Notes under the pieces: generated by a model
The model's input: only the letters and a program-made list of their open reading frames with translations
Databases searched by the model: none
What the model was told of the DNA's origin: nothing
Assembly (NCBI GenBank): GCA_030264375.1
Contig: JASCQW010000162.1
Span: forward strand, 103,193,352 to 103,257,351
Direction: 5' to 3'
Length of the DNA stretch: 64,000 nt
From: Carcharhinus longimanus
Taxonomy: Eukaryota
Program-made: the position numbers and the translations under genes
Shown here: positions 1 to 13,822 of the stretch, piece after piece
Layout: each line of letters opens with the position of its first letter
Numbering within the stretch: position 1 is the first letter of the stretch

Positions 1-208
1 GCCTTAGCTCATTCTCCAGACACTACGGGGCAGTTTAGCACAACGAATCCACCTAACACACACATCTTTGTACTGTGTGAGGAAACTGGTGCACCCAGAG
101 GAAACCTATGCAGACACATGCAAACTCCACACAGACTATGACCCAAACCAGGAATCGAACCTGGGTCCCTGGCACTATGAAGCAGCAATGTAACCACTGT
201 GCTACCAT
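1..208 (-). mobile_element. HE1/V-SINE-like tRNA-derived SINE
   Basis: Reverse complement shows a tRNA-like head with B-box (GGTTCGATTCC) and the body shared with other copies in the window. Confidence 0.8.
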
Positions 209-1620
209 ACCATACTATTCATGGCTCTGCTACTTTAGAGCATGATGCCAGTGTGCAAACAGTGTTACAAAGCCTAAAGAACATGGGCGTTACACTTAAT
301 CATGAATGTGGGCTCTCTAAACTCACTATCAACATCTTAGGCTATGTTATTTACACACTTGGCATCCAAACAGTTCCCCAGAAAACCGCACCATCAACCA
401 TTCCCCACCACCTTAATATTACAGAGCTTAAACATTATATGGACATGGTTAAATTTCTGCCCACTGTTGCACACATCAGCGAACTGCTCCAACAACTTGT
501 GAAGCAGGCATGTTATTGGGATGAGCACCAACTAAGGACGTTTTATACAATCAAAGACATGCTTATGTCTACACAAACATTGGCCCATTACACCCACAGT
601 TATGGTTGATGTATTGGCCTTTGAGCTATTTTTTGTAATATGCATTCAGGGAATGTAGGTATTGCTGGCTGGGCCCCGCATTTGTTGCCTATCCATAACT
701 GCCCTTCATTTCAGAGGGCATTTGACAGTCAACCACATTGCTGTGGTTCTGGAGTCATACGTAGGTCAGACCAGGTAAGGATGGCAGATTTCTTTCCCTA
801 AAAGCATTTATTAACCAGATGGGTTTCTACGACAATCGGTAATGATTTCATGGTCATCATTAGACTTTTTTATTGAATTCAAATTTCACCATCTGCCATT
901 TGGGATTTGAACCCAGGTCCATGGATCTTGTCCAGGGTCCCTGGATTACTAGTCTAGAGACAATACTGCTATGTCACTGCTTCCCTTTGTATTTTTCCAT
1001 ATTCAGTGAGATGGCTCTCGCTGAGTGCCTTCGGGGCACTGACTGATACAGAGCAGCAGTATGCTGTCATTGAAAGTGAGGCTCTGGCAGTCACATTGGC
1101 TTGAGAAACGTTTTTGGAAATCTGTCATGAGGCTCAATTTTACTGTCCAGAAGGATCATAAGTCATCCGTCACCCTGTGTAACACCAAAAAATTAACAAA
1201 GATACCACTCCAAATTCAAAAGTTTCAATTAAGCCTCATGAGACTTGACTCCAGTACAGAATATGTCCGCATATCAAACCACAGTTGATGCTTTGTCATG
1301 CATTCCTGTGGGTGAATCTTCACAGAACAAAGTACACTTTGTTGAGGATGTGGAGCCCTATGTCTCCTTGTCTACAAAGTTCCTTCTGGCAATCATGCAG
1401 AAACTAGAAGAAATTTCAGGGGGGGTCCTGTGTTATTCTAGGTCTGCTAATTCTAGGAATTGCATTATGAAGGAGTACTTCGAACAGCATTGCCACCTTA
1501 ATCTTATGGATGATTTGTTAGTCTTTAGTTTACAAAATGCACATGCTATATGGTTTAAAATTACTCATACCAGCTGATAGATTGGATAAGTGTACTTGAA
1601 ATATGCAATAGCCAGTTTGC
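209..1620 (+). mobile_element. Degenerate Gypsy/Ty3-like pol fragment (RT end and RNase H), interrupted by a SINE
   Basis: ORF 199..609 (VLQSLKNMGVTLN...ILGYVI) resembles an RT C-terminus. EQQYAVIESEALAVT near 1051 and DHKS are RNase H-like. Stops and frameshifts present. Confidence 0.7.
645..985 (-). mobile_element. tRNA-derived SINE, second family
   Basis: Reverse-complement homolog of 27195..27545 (aaatctgccatccttacctggtctg...tggttgact core; GGTTCAAATCC B-box). Confidence 0.8.
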
Positions 1621-1789
1621 AACACAAGAGTGCCCTATTGATACACTTTTGGTATATGCTGACATTATTGTATTCAGCCAGAAAGTAAAACACTCCTCAG
1701 TAAAACACTCTGCTCAGGGGAATGACCACTGTTGTTGCACTTGAGAGAATATCTAAAGCAGACCTAAAATTTCTATCGATATTACAAAC

Positions 1790-2330
1790 AGCCCACTGAA
1801 ACAGCAAGCACTGCAGAGAGCCTGTAAGCTACAAAAAGAGCTTTGTTATCAGAGAAAGGCCATGCAATTTCTGAATTCTCCTGTTTTCATGTTGAACTCA
1901 ATGTTGTGCCCAGAAGGCTGAAGTGCGCCTAATTTATCCTGAAACTCGAGATCAACAATTTCAGACTGTAATCTTTGCCCCATTTGGTATTTTTTTCCCT
2001 CTGTTTTTCTTTTCTTCTTTTGATTTGCTTTCAAACTGCTACTGTTCACCATTCTGTCACTCATTTTTCCTTTAGACAAATTCCCTTGTCCCATTCCCAT
2101 TCCCTTTGGCTCTGCACCACCACTTTTATGTTATCATTTAATATCTCTTCAGCCTTGACACAGTCGTTCCCTTTTGTTCCTTCTCCACCCTCTCGTCTGA
2201 TGAAAGTCTATTGATCAGAAACATTAAATTTGCTTCTCTCTCCACAGATGCTGCACAATTTGCTGAGTATTTCTAGCATTTTCTGTTTAAATTTCAGATT
2301 TCCAGCATCCACAGTATTTTGCTTTACAAA
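1790..2330 (+). mobile_element. Penelope-like element 3' remnant with a hammerhead-like motif
   Basis: Tail tctctccacagatgctgc...tgctgagtatttc recurs at about 54800, with related pieces near 18550 and 34790. CTGATGA...GAAA at 2197-2221. Confidence 0.6.
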
Positions 2331-5300
2331 ATATAGAACCTTTAGTTTCTGTGAGAGGGGAACATATTGACCCTGCTAACATAAAATAGCAATCGACATT
2401 TCTAAACTAAAACACATACTCTGTTACTCTATTCACCAGAAAGCTCCGACCTCACACCCGGCAGGGGTTCTCCAGTCCTGCCGGAGAGAATGGAGTTATG
2501 GCTGAGCGTCAGATTCTCCATTCTCACTGGCAGTGGGGACATGGCAAATGAGATTGGTGAATCCCGCCCATTATCTTTTCACTTAGTATTCCACGTCTGG
2601 CTGAGTATAGAAAATAACTTTTAATGTTTATGTCTCACTCCTTCACCATTATTGGTGAATTTTGCCTTCATTTTAAAAGACTCTTCTGAGAGCCATAATG
2701 CTTCTGAGTGTACGTCACTCTCCAATTTCCCTTTTTTTCTAATCTGCAAGAGCACATAGCTCCAATCAAACTAGAAAGCACGCAAGCTGTCTCTTCACCA
2801 TTTTCACCCTTCAGTTACTCACAACATATCAAGGAGCAGCTATTCCTCTTGAGATTCTTTTCCAGACTGGGTGGAATTACTTAGTTTCCTTTGGCTATCT
2901 TTCATAGATGAAGCAGCTGAGAATTGAGCAGAGTGGGATAAAGCTACGTCTCATTACCCTGGGTTTTGTGACCCAAACAGATTCCAACTTTGCACCACCC
3001 AGAATGCTTTATATAGTAGGAACAGGAGAATACTTAAACTATTCATAACTATCAAGAGATCAAATCACTTTCTGAAGAGATGCTTAATGCTCAATGAGTT
3101 GCAACGAATGAGCTCCCTAGCCTGTGCTAGAAAATGTATATGCCTGTAGGCCAGGCAAAGATAGGATCAGCAACAACTGTGATGTGTTTCACGTTTGGTG
3201 CCTAAATATTCTTTGAAAAGGTATACATGTGAGAGATAATCACTGGTAAATGGCTGGTGCTCATAGATTCATTCTGGGGTACTGTTGTCAGCAAAAGATT
3301 ATGGAAAATGTGAAAAAGAAATAGCAAAAATAATGCAAAATCTCAAATAATATCAGGATCCTTTTTTGATATGGGTTCAGTTGGGGCTGCGAGAGAAGAG
3401 TAGGAAAAGAACAGGCTCGGGTATTCTGATCATCAAACTAGAAGAAGTATCCAAAACTCAATGATCTGAGTCTCAGCTGAATGAAAGGCACAGCTGGCCA
3501 GCGTATTTAAGCAATTTTTGTTTGCCCANNNNNNNNNNATCAATTTCTCCTCTACATTAAGATTCTGTTACAGACTCAGGTGCAAGCCATTGTGCTCATA
3601 AATAGAAAAGTGCTACTCTAATGAGTACTGCTTGAAATGAATTAGTGCTGAAGGCAATTCGCCAATTGATTTTATCCATCCACTGAAGCTTTCACCAGCA
3701 TCAAATTTTAAGGACACATCAACACATAGTACAGCTGCAAAAAGAAAGCTCAATTACAAAAGTCACAAAGAACCAAATGCTCTGTTTGAAAAGGTTTATG
3801 GAAAAAGTGTACACAAGTATAACGTCCTTATTGAGGGTGGTTCATTTAAATATACCACACAAGAAAATCTGGTTTGTAATGCATTGCCACTGGCAATTAA
3901 CCACAAAGAAGATAGTCACTGCTTTTCAGCATTGCAGGTGAACAGCACAGAATGGTAATGGATCTTTTTTATATATCAGTTTGCCTTGCCTTATTTCCAT
4001 TGAACATAATGTGCTCACAAAAATGAATGTAAAAGTGCTGTGAAGAGAAATTCATGGAATTTACATACATACATACAGAAATTCAGTTTGTTAATTCTTG
4101 TGAATTAGTCACCCAAAAATAGGGCATGATTCCAGAATTTTGATAAATCATTGACAGAATTTGTGTTCTGCTCTGCAAGTAACATTGAAGTACACATCAT
4201 TCATTATGAGATCACAAGGACTAGGTATTTCCTTGGAGTTGAGCTTGCTCAATCTGCATAACTTTGCTCTGCATGGTGGAAACCCCATTTAAAGATAAAG
4301 AGAGTTTCAACTGTACATTTTGTGAAGTTACAGCAGCCAACTGGGAGTAGCTCTGAAGGAATTCCTAACAGAGACAATTATGGATGAGAAGGTTTGTTGA
4401 ATCCATTGGTTCATCCATCCAGAGATTGTATCATACCCCAGTATAATATTTGTTGCAATTATTTTGTAAATGATTTCAAGTTAATCTACACTCTAAACAT
4501 TCTTAGATGTTTATATAAGCTCTGTTTTCAGACATGTCCTTTCCAACTGAATAGCCCGAGATTTTTCAATTGTTTTACATAACTCTGATCTGTGCCACTG
4601 GAGATTAGCCAGATGCAGCCATCTGGATAAGAGAACTGGAGAATTAAAAATCAAAACTTTAAAAAATACATTCTGGAAAACCTTTGAGCAATCATAATTT
4701 TTTTGTGTTAGCTGAGAGTTGATTATAGATATCAGTAAAACTCCTGATTTGTCCAGCCAGATTGCTACAGTCAGCAGTATAACTTAGGCCCACAAACCCC
4801 ATATGGTTCTTAGCAGTGCCTATAGTATAATGTTACTCTGAAATGCTGGGGATCAGAGGCCACTGAAGCCCCCAGGTAGTCAGAGGCATGACCTGGCACT
4901 GCCCACAAGGCAAGTGTCACCCTGGCAGTGTCCTATGGGCACCCTGGCATTGCCCACTATCACCATATCAATGCCAAGGGCAGTACCAAGAGGGCGGGAC
5001 TTGACTGTGGGAGGTGGGGGGTGGAACAATGACAAGGGGGAGGCTGGGGGGAGCTCTGCAGTGGGGGGAGGCAGTGGGGAGCTGTGCACAGGGGGTGATC
5101 AGCAGGAGGAGATTTGCAGACAGGGGTGTTTGGCAGGGGGTAATCTTTGCAGATGGAGGTGGTTGCCAGGGTTGAGGGGAGGAAGCTCTGCATGGGGAGT
5201 GGTTGTTGGGGGAGTGAACACTGCATGGGGAGGAGAGGGGTATTGGCAGGGGAATACTTTTGGGAAGATCTCATCCGATTTTTCAGTTTATTTCTGAAGA

Positions 5301-6384
5301 TTTTCTCTTCAAAATTACAATAGCCTAAAGCCAGCCATATACCATCCAGCTTTCACACATTTCACACATAACATATGTATTTTTTTTCCTGTGGTGGTGT
5401 TCTGCCTAATGATATTTCTCTTGTGATTACGCAGCTCCCATTCAGCCTTTTGTCCCGAGATGGGAAATTGTGAGGTACATAGTTAACAGTTTTACTTCCA
5501 TGATTATTATTCATTGGAAATGCCCACACATTTTAGGAAAGAATGCTTTAAAAACAGGAAAGCCAAGGAGAGTAGTGAATATTTATTAATCTACAGACTT
5601 GTATCTCATCTGACATACATTTGTGTGATTTCCTAAGCTTTTACAAATACATGATTTGATTTGTAGCACTTCTGCTTTCCACTGCAATCAATTTTACACA
5701 TGCATGGTTTGCATTTCATTTTCAGTCAATATTAAGTATTGTGAAATGCATCTTTCATTGCATTCTAGGCAATTTAATATGGAGCTGATGCAAAATCACT
5801 ACAAATGAATCGCAAGTGCGACTTTTAGATTTGATTCAATACAAATGGGCAGTGGTAGTGTCTAACTGGATTGTACCAGCCAGATATGGGTGGAAATTAG
5901 GTGCAGCACAACGCTACACAGCACTGTGTTTTAAACCTTTGTCTAAAAAGTGGCACTGGTGTGTGAAATGAGATGCATACAGAGACTACAATTTCCAGTT
6001 CCTCATGAGAAACCTTCCATTGTCTCCAGCTCTCTGCTGTTCTGCCATCTGTTTACTGGCACTCATTTATGCACTTGCGAGAAATGGGTGAAAATACTAC
6101 TTTTAATTGTGTCTGTAATTTCAATCATCTGAGACATGCCCCATTATGCAACCACTAATTTCACTGCTAAACATTGGAAGTATCCGAGAGTAATACTGCG
6201 TAAACAAGGCACACAAAAGATCTCAACCTCCACAACATCAGCATATATGCACCAAAGCTTGAAAAATCAGGAACAGAATCACAAAGTGGGCAAGTATTGA
6301 CAGCAAATGAAATTAAACATAGAATCCAAATAAACATAGAAAAAACATGAATATTGCAAAACCAATCATAAGATAGACAATTAC

Positions 6385-6750
6385 CAAAGAGGAGGCTGAG
6401 GTGTGATTTAATTGATGTATAGAAAATTATGATGGGCTATCACAGACTGCAAATGATGACCCCATTTCTCCCAGCAGTGAGGTCAATAATAAAGATTTGA
6501 AGTAAATGGCAGAAGAACTAGAGGAGGCTGGAGGAGAAAGTTTTTCACTGAGAGGGTGGTGGGAGTCTAAAACTCACTTCCTGAAAGGATGGTTGAGGTT
6601 GAAACCCTCATCACATTTGAAGACTACTTAGATATGCATTTCAAGTGCTGTGGTCCAAGAGCTGGAAAGTGGAATTATGCTGGATAGCTTGTTTTTGGCT
6701 AGTATGTGGGCCAAATGGTCGCATTCTGTGCTGTATTTTTTTTCTCTCTA
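6385..6750 (+). mobile_element. CR1-type LINE 3' fragment
   Basis: Typical CR1 3' end (tttttcactgagagggtggtg...tgggccaaatggtc...tctgtgctgta). Confidence 0.65.
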
Positions 6751-6999
6751 TGTGAGCCAATTGGTCCATTTTAAGTCATCCATCCAGAACAATGCTACAC
6801 TCTCCCAACTGCTGTGTCTAATTGTTTTTGAAATGATTCCAGGTCTTTTGCCTCCTTTCAGCCTGGAAGTCCATTGTAAACATTGACTTTCACTTGTCTG
6901 AAGAAGCACCTTTTATATTGGTGCTAAAATTATCAATTGTCACTTTGGACATGTGTTCATTGCAATACTTCCACAAATTAATTTGAAATTTTAGGTTAA

Positions 7000-7900
7000 C
7001 CTTTTACATACCATTTTACTGTCTTATATAAACTCCAATAGTTGACCTCTCAGAAGGCTCCTTACTAGGCTTGGGAGCTAATACGGCTCCCAGCCAAAGC
7101 AGGTGTGAAGTTGGTGGTGCGTTTGCTCTGCCCAGTGGTTCATGTGGTGGGTTTGGCCTAATTAAATATTGCTGTGGGTACCAAACAGACACCCTTCTGA
7201 GTAGGATAGCTGCTTTAGGCTGCACAAGAGTTTTGCATGCTGATATTTCGCTGGGCTTCTTCCTCATTGATTGAGTTACCACCAGCACATTGTGTGGGAT
7301 TTTGTCAATTGATCTTTTTTTGAAGCCCAATTATACACTACCATGATTAACTGACAAAAAACAATCAAGTCGGTTGGTCAAGCAAGATTTTACTCATTGA
7401 AACAGTTGACTATTGTTTACTACCACAGTTTAGAAAAGATAGTCCTCAAGTTTATTCCTCTTGATGTGTTCTATTATCTTGTGTGGAATCAAAATCAGGC
7501 AAGTGAATATTGTCTGTGTCTGTTTTTTGACTTTTTAGGTACATTTGCCAGTTTTCAGTGTACTGGTATTGTCTCAGTGTTCCATAGCTACTGCATTCTG
7601 ATATTTAGTGCTGCCAAACTCTCCTTCCTACTCAAGCCCAGCATTCCAAGATAAACACAATCTGATTCTGGGAATTTATTTCAGACTGTAGCTCCTTTAG
7701 CTTGAATTTGTGACTGTTACCATGGTTACTGTTTCTGGTGATGGTATGATGTATATTACCTCCCTTGTGAATATCTTGTCAAGGCGATCAGTCAGAATAA
7801 TTGCCACATTGTGCTCATTCTCAGTTTCAAGCCCATTTCTAATTCCTTCTTTGACCCTCCTTTTGCTCTTGTCATACTAAAATAATATTTTGCCACATTT
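7000..7900 (-). mobile_element. Highly decayed CR1/L2-type RT fragment
   Basis: ORF 7016..7330 (FKKRSIDKIPH...VWYPQQYLIRP) resembles decayed KAFDKVPH and GVPQGSVLGP motifs. Confidence 0.5.
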
Positions 7901-8776
7901 TACCTCTGTATCCATGNNNNNNNNNNNNNGACTTCAATTTATGTTTTAATATGTTTCTGCATGATCCTATATTTGTCCTTCCTCTATACAACTTGCTGCA
8001 GTAATTTGTCTCTTTTAATATCCCATTTCGATCACATTTGATTAGTCAGGCTTTGATTTTACAGACATATCAAATTGAAAGGCAGGAATGGTCCAGCTGG
8101 TCCATCAAGCCTACCTTGCATTCTTGATGGCTTGTACACTTTTCGTGCCTGTGACTACTCTTTGAAAGAGCTATTCAATTAGTCTCACACACCTGCTCTT
8201 ACCCCATATTCCTGTATTCTCCCCTGTGTGAGTTATCCAATTCCCTTTGAAAGTTACCATTAAATACGATTCCTCTACCTTATCAGGCAGTGCATTCCAG
8301 ATCATAATGACTTTGCTGCATATATTTTTCTTCATTTTGCCTCTGGCTCTCTTGCCAGCGACCTTAAATCTCTGTTCTCTGGTTACCAACAACTTTTCTT
8401 CTAAGCTTCATATGTGTGGGTGTAGCAATTAGGAATGTGCTGTAGAAATTGTAAACAGGCTCTGCAGAAGCAAACATTCTCTTTTAGATGCATGCATGCA
8501 CATCCTCATGTCAATCTTAAAGGGACTGGGTGGTGCAAAAGGCCTGCTATACACAGCAAACAGAAAATAGAGGGAATATTGGTTACCGACAACTCTGCCA
8601 TTTAAAAGGTGAATTCAATTATACGGCTCCACGATGGAGGAGTTCCATTGACTTCATCTGGACTGGAAGATCATGCTGTTGGGAGGGGCCATAAAATCCC
8701 ACCCAGTGTCTCTTTATTTACTCCATCAAATCTCTTCATGATTCTAACCATCTGAATTAAGCCTCCTCTTGAGCCT

Positions 8777-9684
8777 TGTTAAGACCCAGGCCAGAAACTC
8801 CAAGGTGTTTCATGAAAATAGCCTAGACCTTAGGTTTTTACATTTGAATTTGGCACAGGTGAACATGAAGTCTATCACTCCAGGTATGATTCAAGTGACC
8901 CACTAGGAAGCTTTCATCAAACAAATGTTTATTTAAGAACATAGTTAAAATATATAAAGATTTAGTGTAACTTTTACTAATTACAGGAATGATACACAAC
9001 ACAATATAAATCTTAACAGTTAGCTATCTATGTTGTTCCAAGTTAAACACCATCCCAGAGACATACTACCTTCTTCAAACTTGGCACAAAAGTATCAAGC
9101 GTGCTCACATTAAATTGGATTTTCAGCTTTTTAACACCTGCTGTGAATTGGTCCTTTGAATATTGGATTAAATCTCTGAGGCTTCCCAGTCCTAGAACTT
9201 TCCAAAAAGCCTCTGAAGACACAGAGATAGAGACACTGCCTGCTTCTACCAGCTTCTATCAGCAATAGGGTTTCCAACTCCAGAGAGGGGAAAACAAGAG
9301 GGACTAAAGCAAAATCCAACCTTATTCAGCAGCTCCACAAAACTGATATTCACCATCTTTTAATGTTTATTTTTTAAAGAGACTGCTTTCTGTCTCAAGT
9401 CCAAATAGCATCTGAGAAAATGAAACTAAAACCTGAAATTTTCTGTGGAGCATAGCTATTCCTAACCACATGGCATAAACTGTCAATCAAGTTCTATGCA
9501 GCAGTCCCAAGGGATCATTGAAAACCACAGGATTCTGCATTAGTCCAAATTGAAATCAACATGATGTTCATTCTATTGCTTCAGTAATAATTAGAGGACA
9601 ACAGGTACAGACATCATGGCACCAATAAAATCTTGCAAAGGAACATGATTAATATACATTTGTTAAAGGCACAGTATCATCGCA
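8777..9684 (-). mobile_element. Probable solo LTR inserted in a CR1 fragment
   Basis: Starts TGTTAAGAC, ends ATCATCGCA (TG...CA), about 900 bp, internal minus-strand AATAAA. CR1-like sequence appears to continue across both flanks. TSD imperfect. Confidence 0.5.
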
Positions 9685-10639
9685 CTCCTTTTATTGTAAG
9701 GAGAACAATTCTAGTTTCTCTAAATCTGCCAAAATCCCTTATCCTCAGTGCAATGTCTTCAAGTCCTTTCATGTACTCTAGCTGCCATTTATCTTCTAAA
9801 GATTTAATCTAACTTCCTCCTTCTTTGCTTTTGTACTGAATTGGTGGAATTCGCAACTCCCCAGGTGGTGGGCTGGGAATTGAGTGCTGCATATAATAGA
9901 GTGGGAAAATGTGGAGTGGCGATCCCGTCGCCTTCCCCAAATTAAGACTAGGCAGGAAGGACAAGAATAGCTAATGGCCTCATCCTGCTTATGCTCATAT
10001 TCAACCAGTGATGGGCAGGAACCATGCAATGTGGACAAATGCCAAGATAAAGCTTGTCGGGCATACTCTGGCCTGATTGGGATCTTCCTTGAACATCCTG
10101 TGCCCAACAGGTGGGAAGGGAGGGACATCATGGTAAGATCTTCCCCCTGCTCCTCATAACAATCCCCCTCCCTCTGGGGCCTTCCTGATTGGTCTCGGCA
10201 ATTCCATTCCACTATGTGTACTCCGGAACTCCAGTGAAGACTGTCATCCTCAGTCCGCTGACAGTCATCCTGAGAGCTGACAGCCTCTGGCCAGCAGTTC
10301 TTGGAGGTCGGGGTATCCAACTTTCAGGAGGGTCCACCAGGAAATTGGCCTGGTGGAGCAAGGTACCCTGACAGAGGCCAGGTTGTTGCCCAATTGGGAA
10401 TTTATCCCATTGAGGCTTCTGGAAATGGATATGGTGAGGTTGTCACCAGCTCTCTCTCCCATGGATGGGCCTGCCATCATGACCATTGCATTACATTAAA
10501 TTCTGCCCTATGTACCTACTTACATTGGTCACATTCGAAAACAAAAATAATTTTTTGGTGGCAGATCCTTATTGAAGAAGTGGACAACCAGGATGATGAA
10601 AATTGAGTACAGCCATATCTCTAATTTTTCTTTGATCAT

Positions 10640-12370
10640 GGGATAAGGGTGTTACTGGCAAAACCAAGATTTAATCTCCATCCCTAATTGTATTGAATAG
10701 GTGATGACAGTGAGCCACTTCCTTAAATGGCTGTTATGTGCATGATGTAGCTAGCTACACTCACACTGTTGTTAGGTAGAAAGTGTGAGGATTTTGACCC
10801 AGCAGAGAATACCAATAAGTGGGATGATGTGTGATCTATAAGGGGACTTGCAAATGGTGATGTTCCCATGTACCTCCTGCCTTCNNNNNNNNNNNNNNNN
10901 NNNNNNNNNNNNNNNNNNNNNNNNNNNNNNNNNNNNNNNNNNNNNNNNNNNNNNNNNNNNNNNNNNNNNNNNNNNNNNNNNNNNNNNNNNNNNNNNNNNN
11001 NNNNNNNNNNNNNNNNNNNNNNNNNNNNNNNNNNNNNNNNNNNNNNNNNNNNNNNNNNNNNNNNNNNNNNNNNNNNNNNNNNNNNNNNNNNNNNNNNNNN
11101 NNNNNNNNNNNNNNNNNNNNNNNNNNNNNNNNNNNNNNNNNNNNNNNNNNNNNNNNNNNNNNNNNNNNNNNNNNNNNNNNNNNNNNNNNNNNNNNNNNNN
11201 NNNNNNNNNNNNNNNNNNNNNNNNNNNNNNNNNNNNNNNNNNNNNNNNNNNNNNNNNNNNNNNNNNNNNNNNNNNNNNNNNNNNNNNNNNNNNNNNNNNN
11301 NNNNNNNNNNNNNNNNNNNNNNNNNNGGCCTATCAACATACTGAGTCAAGAAACCTTCCTGCACGCTTTGTACAAAAACTGACCCCTCTAATGAGCTAGA
11401 GCTCATTAGGTAGGCACCACAGCTGTGATATGCTAGTGATGGAAGGAATGAATATTTAAGGTGGTGGATGGGGTGTCAATCACACGGTCTCTTTTGTTCT
11501 GAATCATGACAAGTTTATTGAGTGTTGGAACTACAGTCAGGGGTTTGGGGAGTATTTCATCTCATTCCTGATTTGTGCCTCATAATTGGTAGAATGGCTT
11601 TGGAGTGTGAGGAGGTGAAGTACTAGTTACAGAATGTCCAGCCTCTGACCAACTCTTGTAGCCACAAGCTGGTTCAGTTAAGTTTCTAAATAGTGATGAT
11701 ACTCTAAGATCTTCATGGTGCAAACGTTTTTTCAGCCATCATCTGTATTCATATGCTTAGTTCTACCATCACTCAAGATGGGGAGGTGCATGGAGTCCTC
11801 TCTTCCCATTAGTTATTTAATTGTTCGTCATAATTCAAAACTGAATGTGGCAGGACTGCAGAGTTTTGTTCTGATCTATTGGTCGTGGAATCACTTTGTT
11901 CTGCCCATAACAGGTTGTTCTCACTGTTTAATATGCACATATGCTTATGTTGCAGCTTCATCAGGCTGATACCTTTCAGGTACACTTAGCGCTATTCATG
12001 GCATGTTTTTCTACATTCAGCACTGGTCTTATGGCTTGCTGCTAATGGTAGAATGAGGGATATGCCGGACCATTAGGTAATAGATTGTGGTTGAATGTAG
12101 TCCAGCTGTTGATAATGGCCCAAAGCACCTTTTGGATGCCCAGTTTGAGTTGCTAGATTTGTTCTGAATCTAACTCATTTAGCATGCAGATAGTACCACA
12201 CAAGGCGATGCAGGTTTCCTCAGTGTGAAGATGAATTTTGTCTCCACGGGGTCTGTATGAAAGTCATTCCTACTGATGCTCTCATAGATAAATGCTTTTG
12301 GAAAGTAAACTGATGATGACAAGGCTAAGTAGGATTTCTTCCCCCATGTTGTTTCTCTCTCTATCTGTTG
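10640..12370 (-). mobile_element. CR1-type LINE fragments spanning an assembly gap
   Basis: LEGSVFVQSVQEGFLTQYVDR (endonuclease region) next to the gap, with decayed LINE-like sequence on either side. Confidence 0.6.
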
Positions 12371-13267
12371 CAGGCTGAATCTGATAGCTGACTTTAGGGA
12401 CTCAGCCAATTCAGTCAATAATGGTGCGACCAAGTTATGCCACACTGAGTACATTGTGTCCTCATGCAGATTGATGTCATGTGTTGGTAGAGTCACAGAT
12501 ATTACATACCACTCATTTTCATTGAACAAGCCAAGTGATCATGCAACATGCACAGAAAATATATACATGTAATTTCTCTTTCAACTGTGTATTCAATGGG
12601 ACAGAGTGATATTAGTAGCATTCATTATGATGCTATATGTAGTATCCAGTGTTGAATTCTCAATACACCGTGGGTTATTTTTCGCCAGAAACCCTCCTTA
12701 TAACCTCATATTCACTGATTTGTATATGTGGGTGTATTTGTTGTCATGATCTGCAGGGTTGCAGACCAGATGCTAGAAAATGAGATTTGTTTTTCAGACA
12801 CAGCACTTACAATAAACCAAATAGCCTCTTCCTGTGCCATAAACCTTTGCTGATTCTATTTGTATGAAGCTGTAAAAAGTTACAAGCAGTTTATTATAGC
12901 TTACTTTGTAGACTAATGTACCTTAAAAGTGGTTTTAATGTGTTAACAATGGTGCACATTTCCTCAACTTGCATTGAAAGGTTCATATTTCCTAACCTTC
13001 TCTGCTTTGTAGGGATTACTTGCACTGCTCTAAGGAATTGCATTATTGCTGCAAGTAATACAGAAAATCTACTGATATGGAAATATTGAATTTCCAATGA
13101 CAGCTATAAGCCAGTCAGAAAGAGAAAACATTCACATATTGACAACTGAAAAAGTTAAAAAAGCACATGGAACCTGAAAATACCATTAATATTTCATCTC
13201 CTAGACCAAGAGCAATATCAATACTAAATCATTTTGATGTCAAGATAAGTTGCGAGAGGCATAAAAC

Positions 13268-13306
13268 GGGTTAGGGTTAGGGTTAGGGTTAGGGTTAGGG
13301 TTAGGG
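13268..13306 (+). repeat. Interstitial telomeric repeat GGG(TTAGGG)6
   Basis: Six perfect TTAGGG units at 13271-13306, read directly. Confidence 0.97.
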
Positions 13307-13594
13307 TGATCTTGGTGTATTGGAACTGGGACCAGTTATAGAATTACTATGTAAGAAATCGCAGTAACAACTTGCATCTATGTTGCATTTTTAATGCAGA
13401 AATCAGTCCTTGGTGCCTCACAGAGGCATAATCAAGCAAAAATGAACCCCAAACCAAAAGTAAGATATTGGGAGAGGTGACTAACAGCTGAGATAGTTTT
13501 TGGGAGATTCTAAGAGGAGGAAAATAGTGTTGAGAGACACTGGTTCAGGAATGTATCCCAGAGTATGATAATTCCTCCTGTGAATCTGCAACCA

Positions 13595-13822
13595 GGTGTC
13601 AGTTTAGTTCAGCTGGATGGACAGCTGGTTGATGATGCAGAGTGATGCTAACAGCATAGGTTCAATTCCTATACCAGCTGAGATTATTGATGAAGGCCCT
13701 GCCTTCTCAACCTCTCCCCTCACTTGAGATGTGGTGATCCTCATGTTAAATCACCCCAGTTAGGGGTGACTGCTCTCCTCAAAAGTGAGGGCAATCGCTG
13801 GAAGTATGGAGATTTTACTTTT
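13595..13822 (+). mobile_element. tRNA-derived SINE, third family
   Basis: Homologous to 52872..53085 (cagctggtt...ggttcaatt...ccttctcaacct...gttaaatcacc). Confidence 0.7.

Noticed and set aside
4880-5297. Overlapping Gly/Pro-rich ORFs on both strands (also 28794-29147)
   Set aside because: Products of low-complexity G/C-skewed sequence with no domain signal.
9796-10606. Cluster of ORFs up to 174 aa in GC-richer sequence
   Set aside because: No recognisable motif or splice structure. Probably a decayed DNA-transposon interior that I cannot classify.
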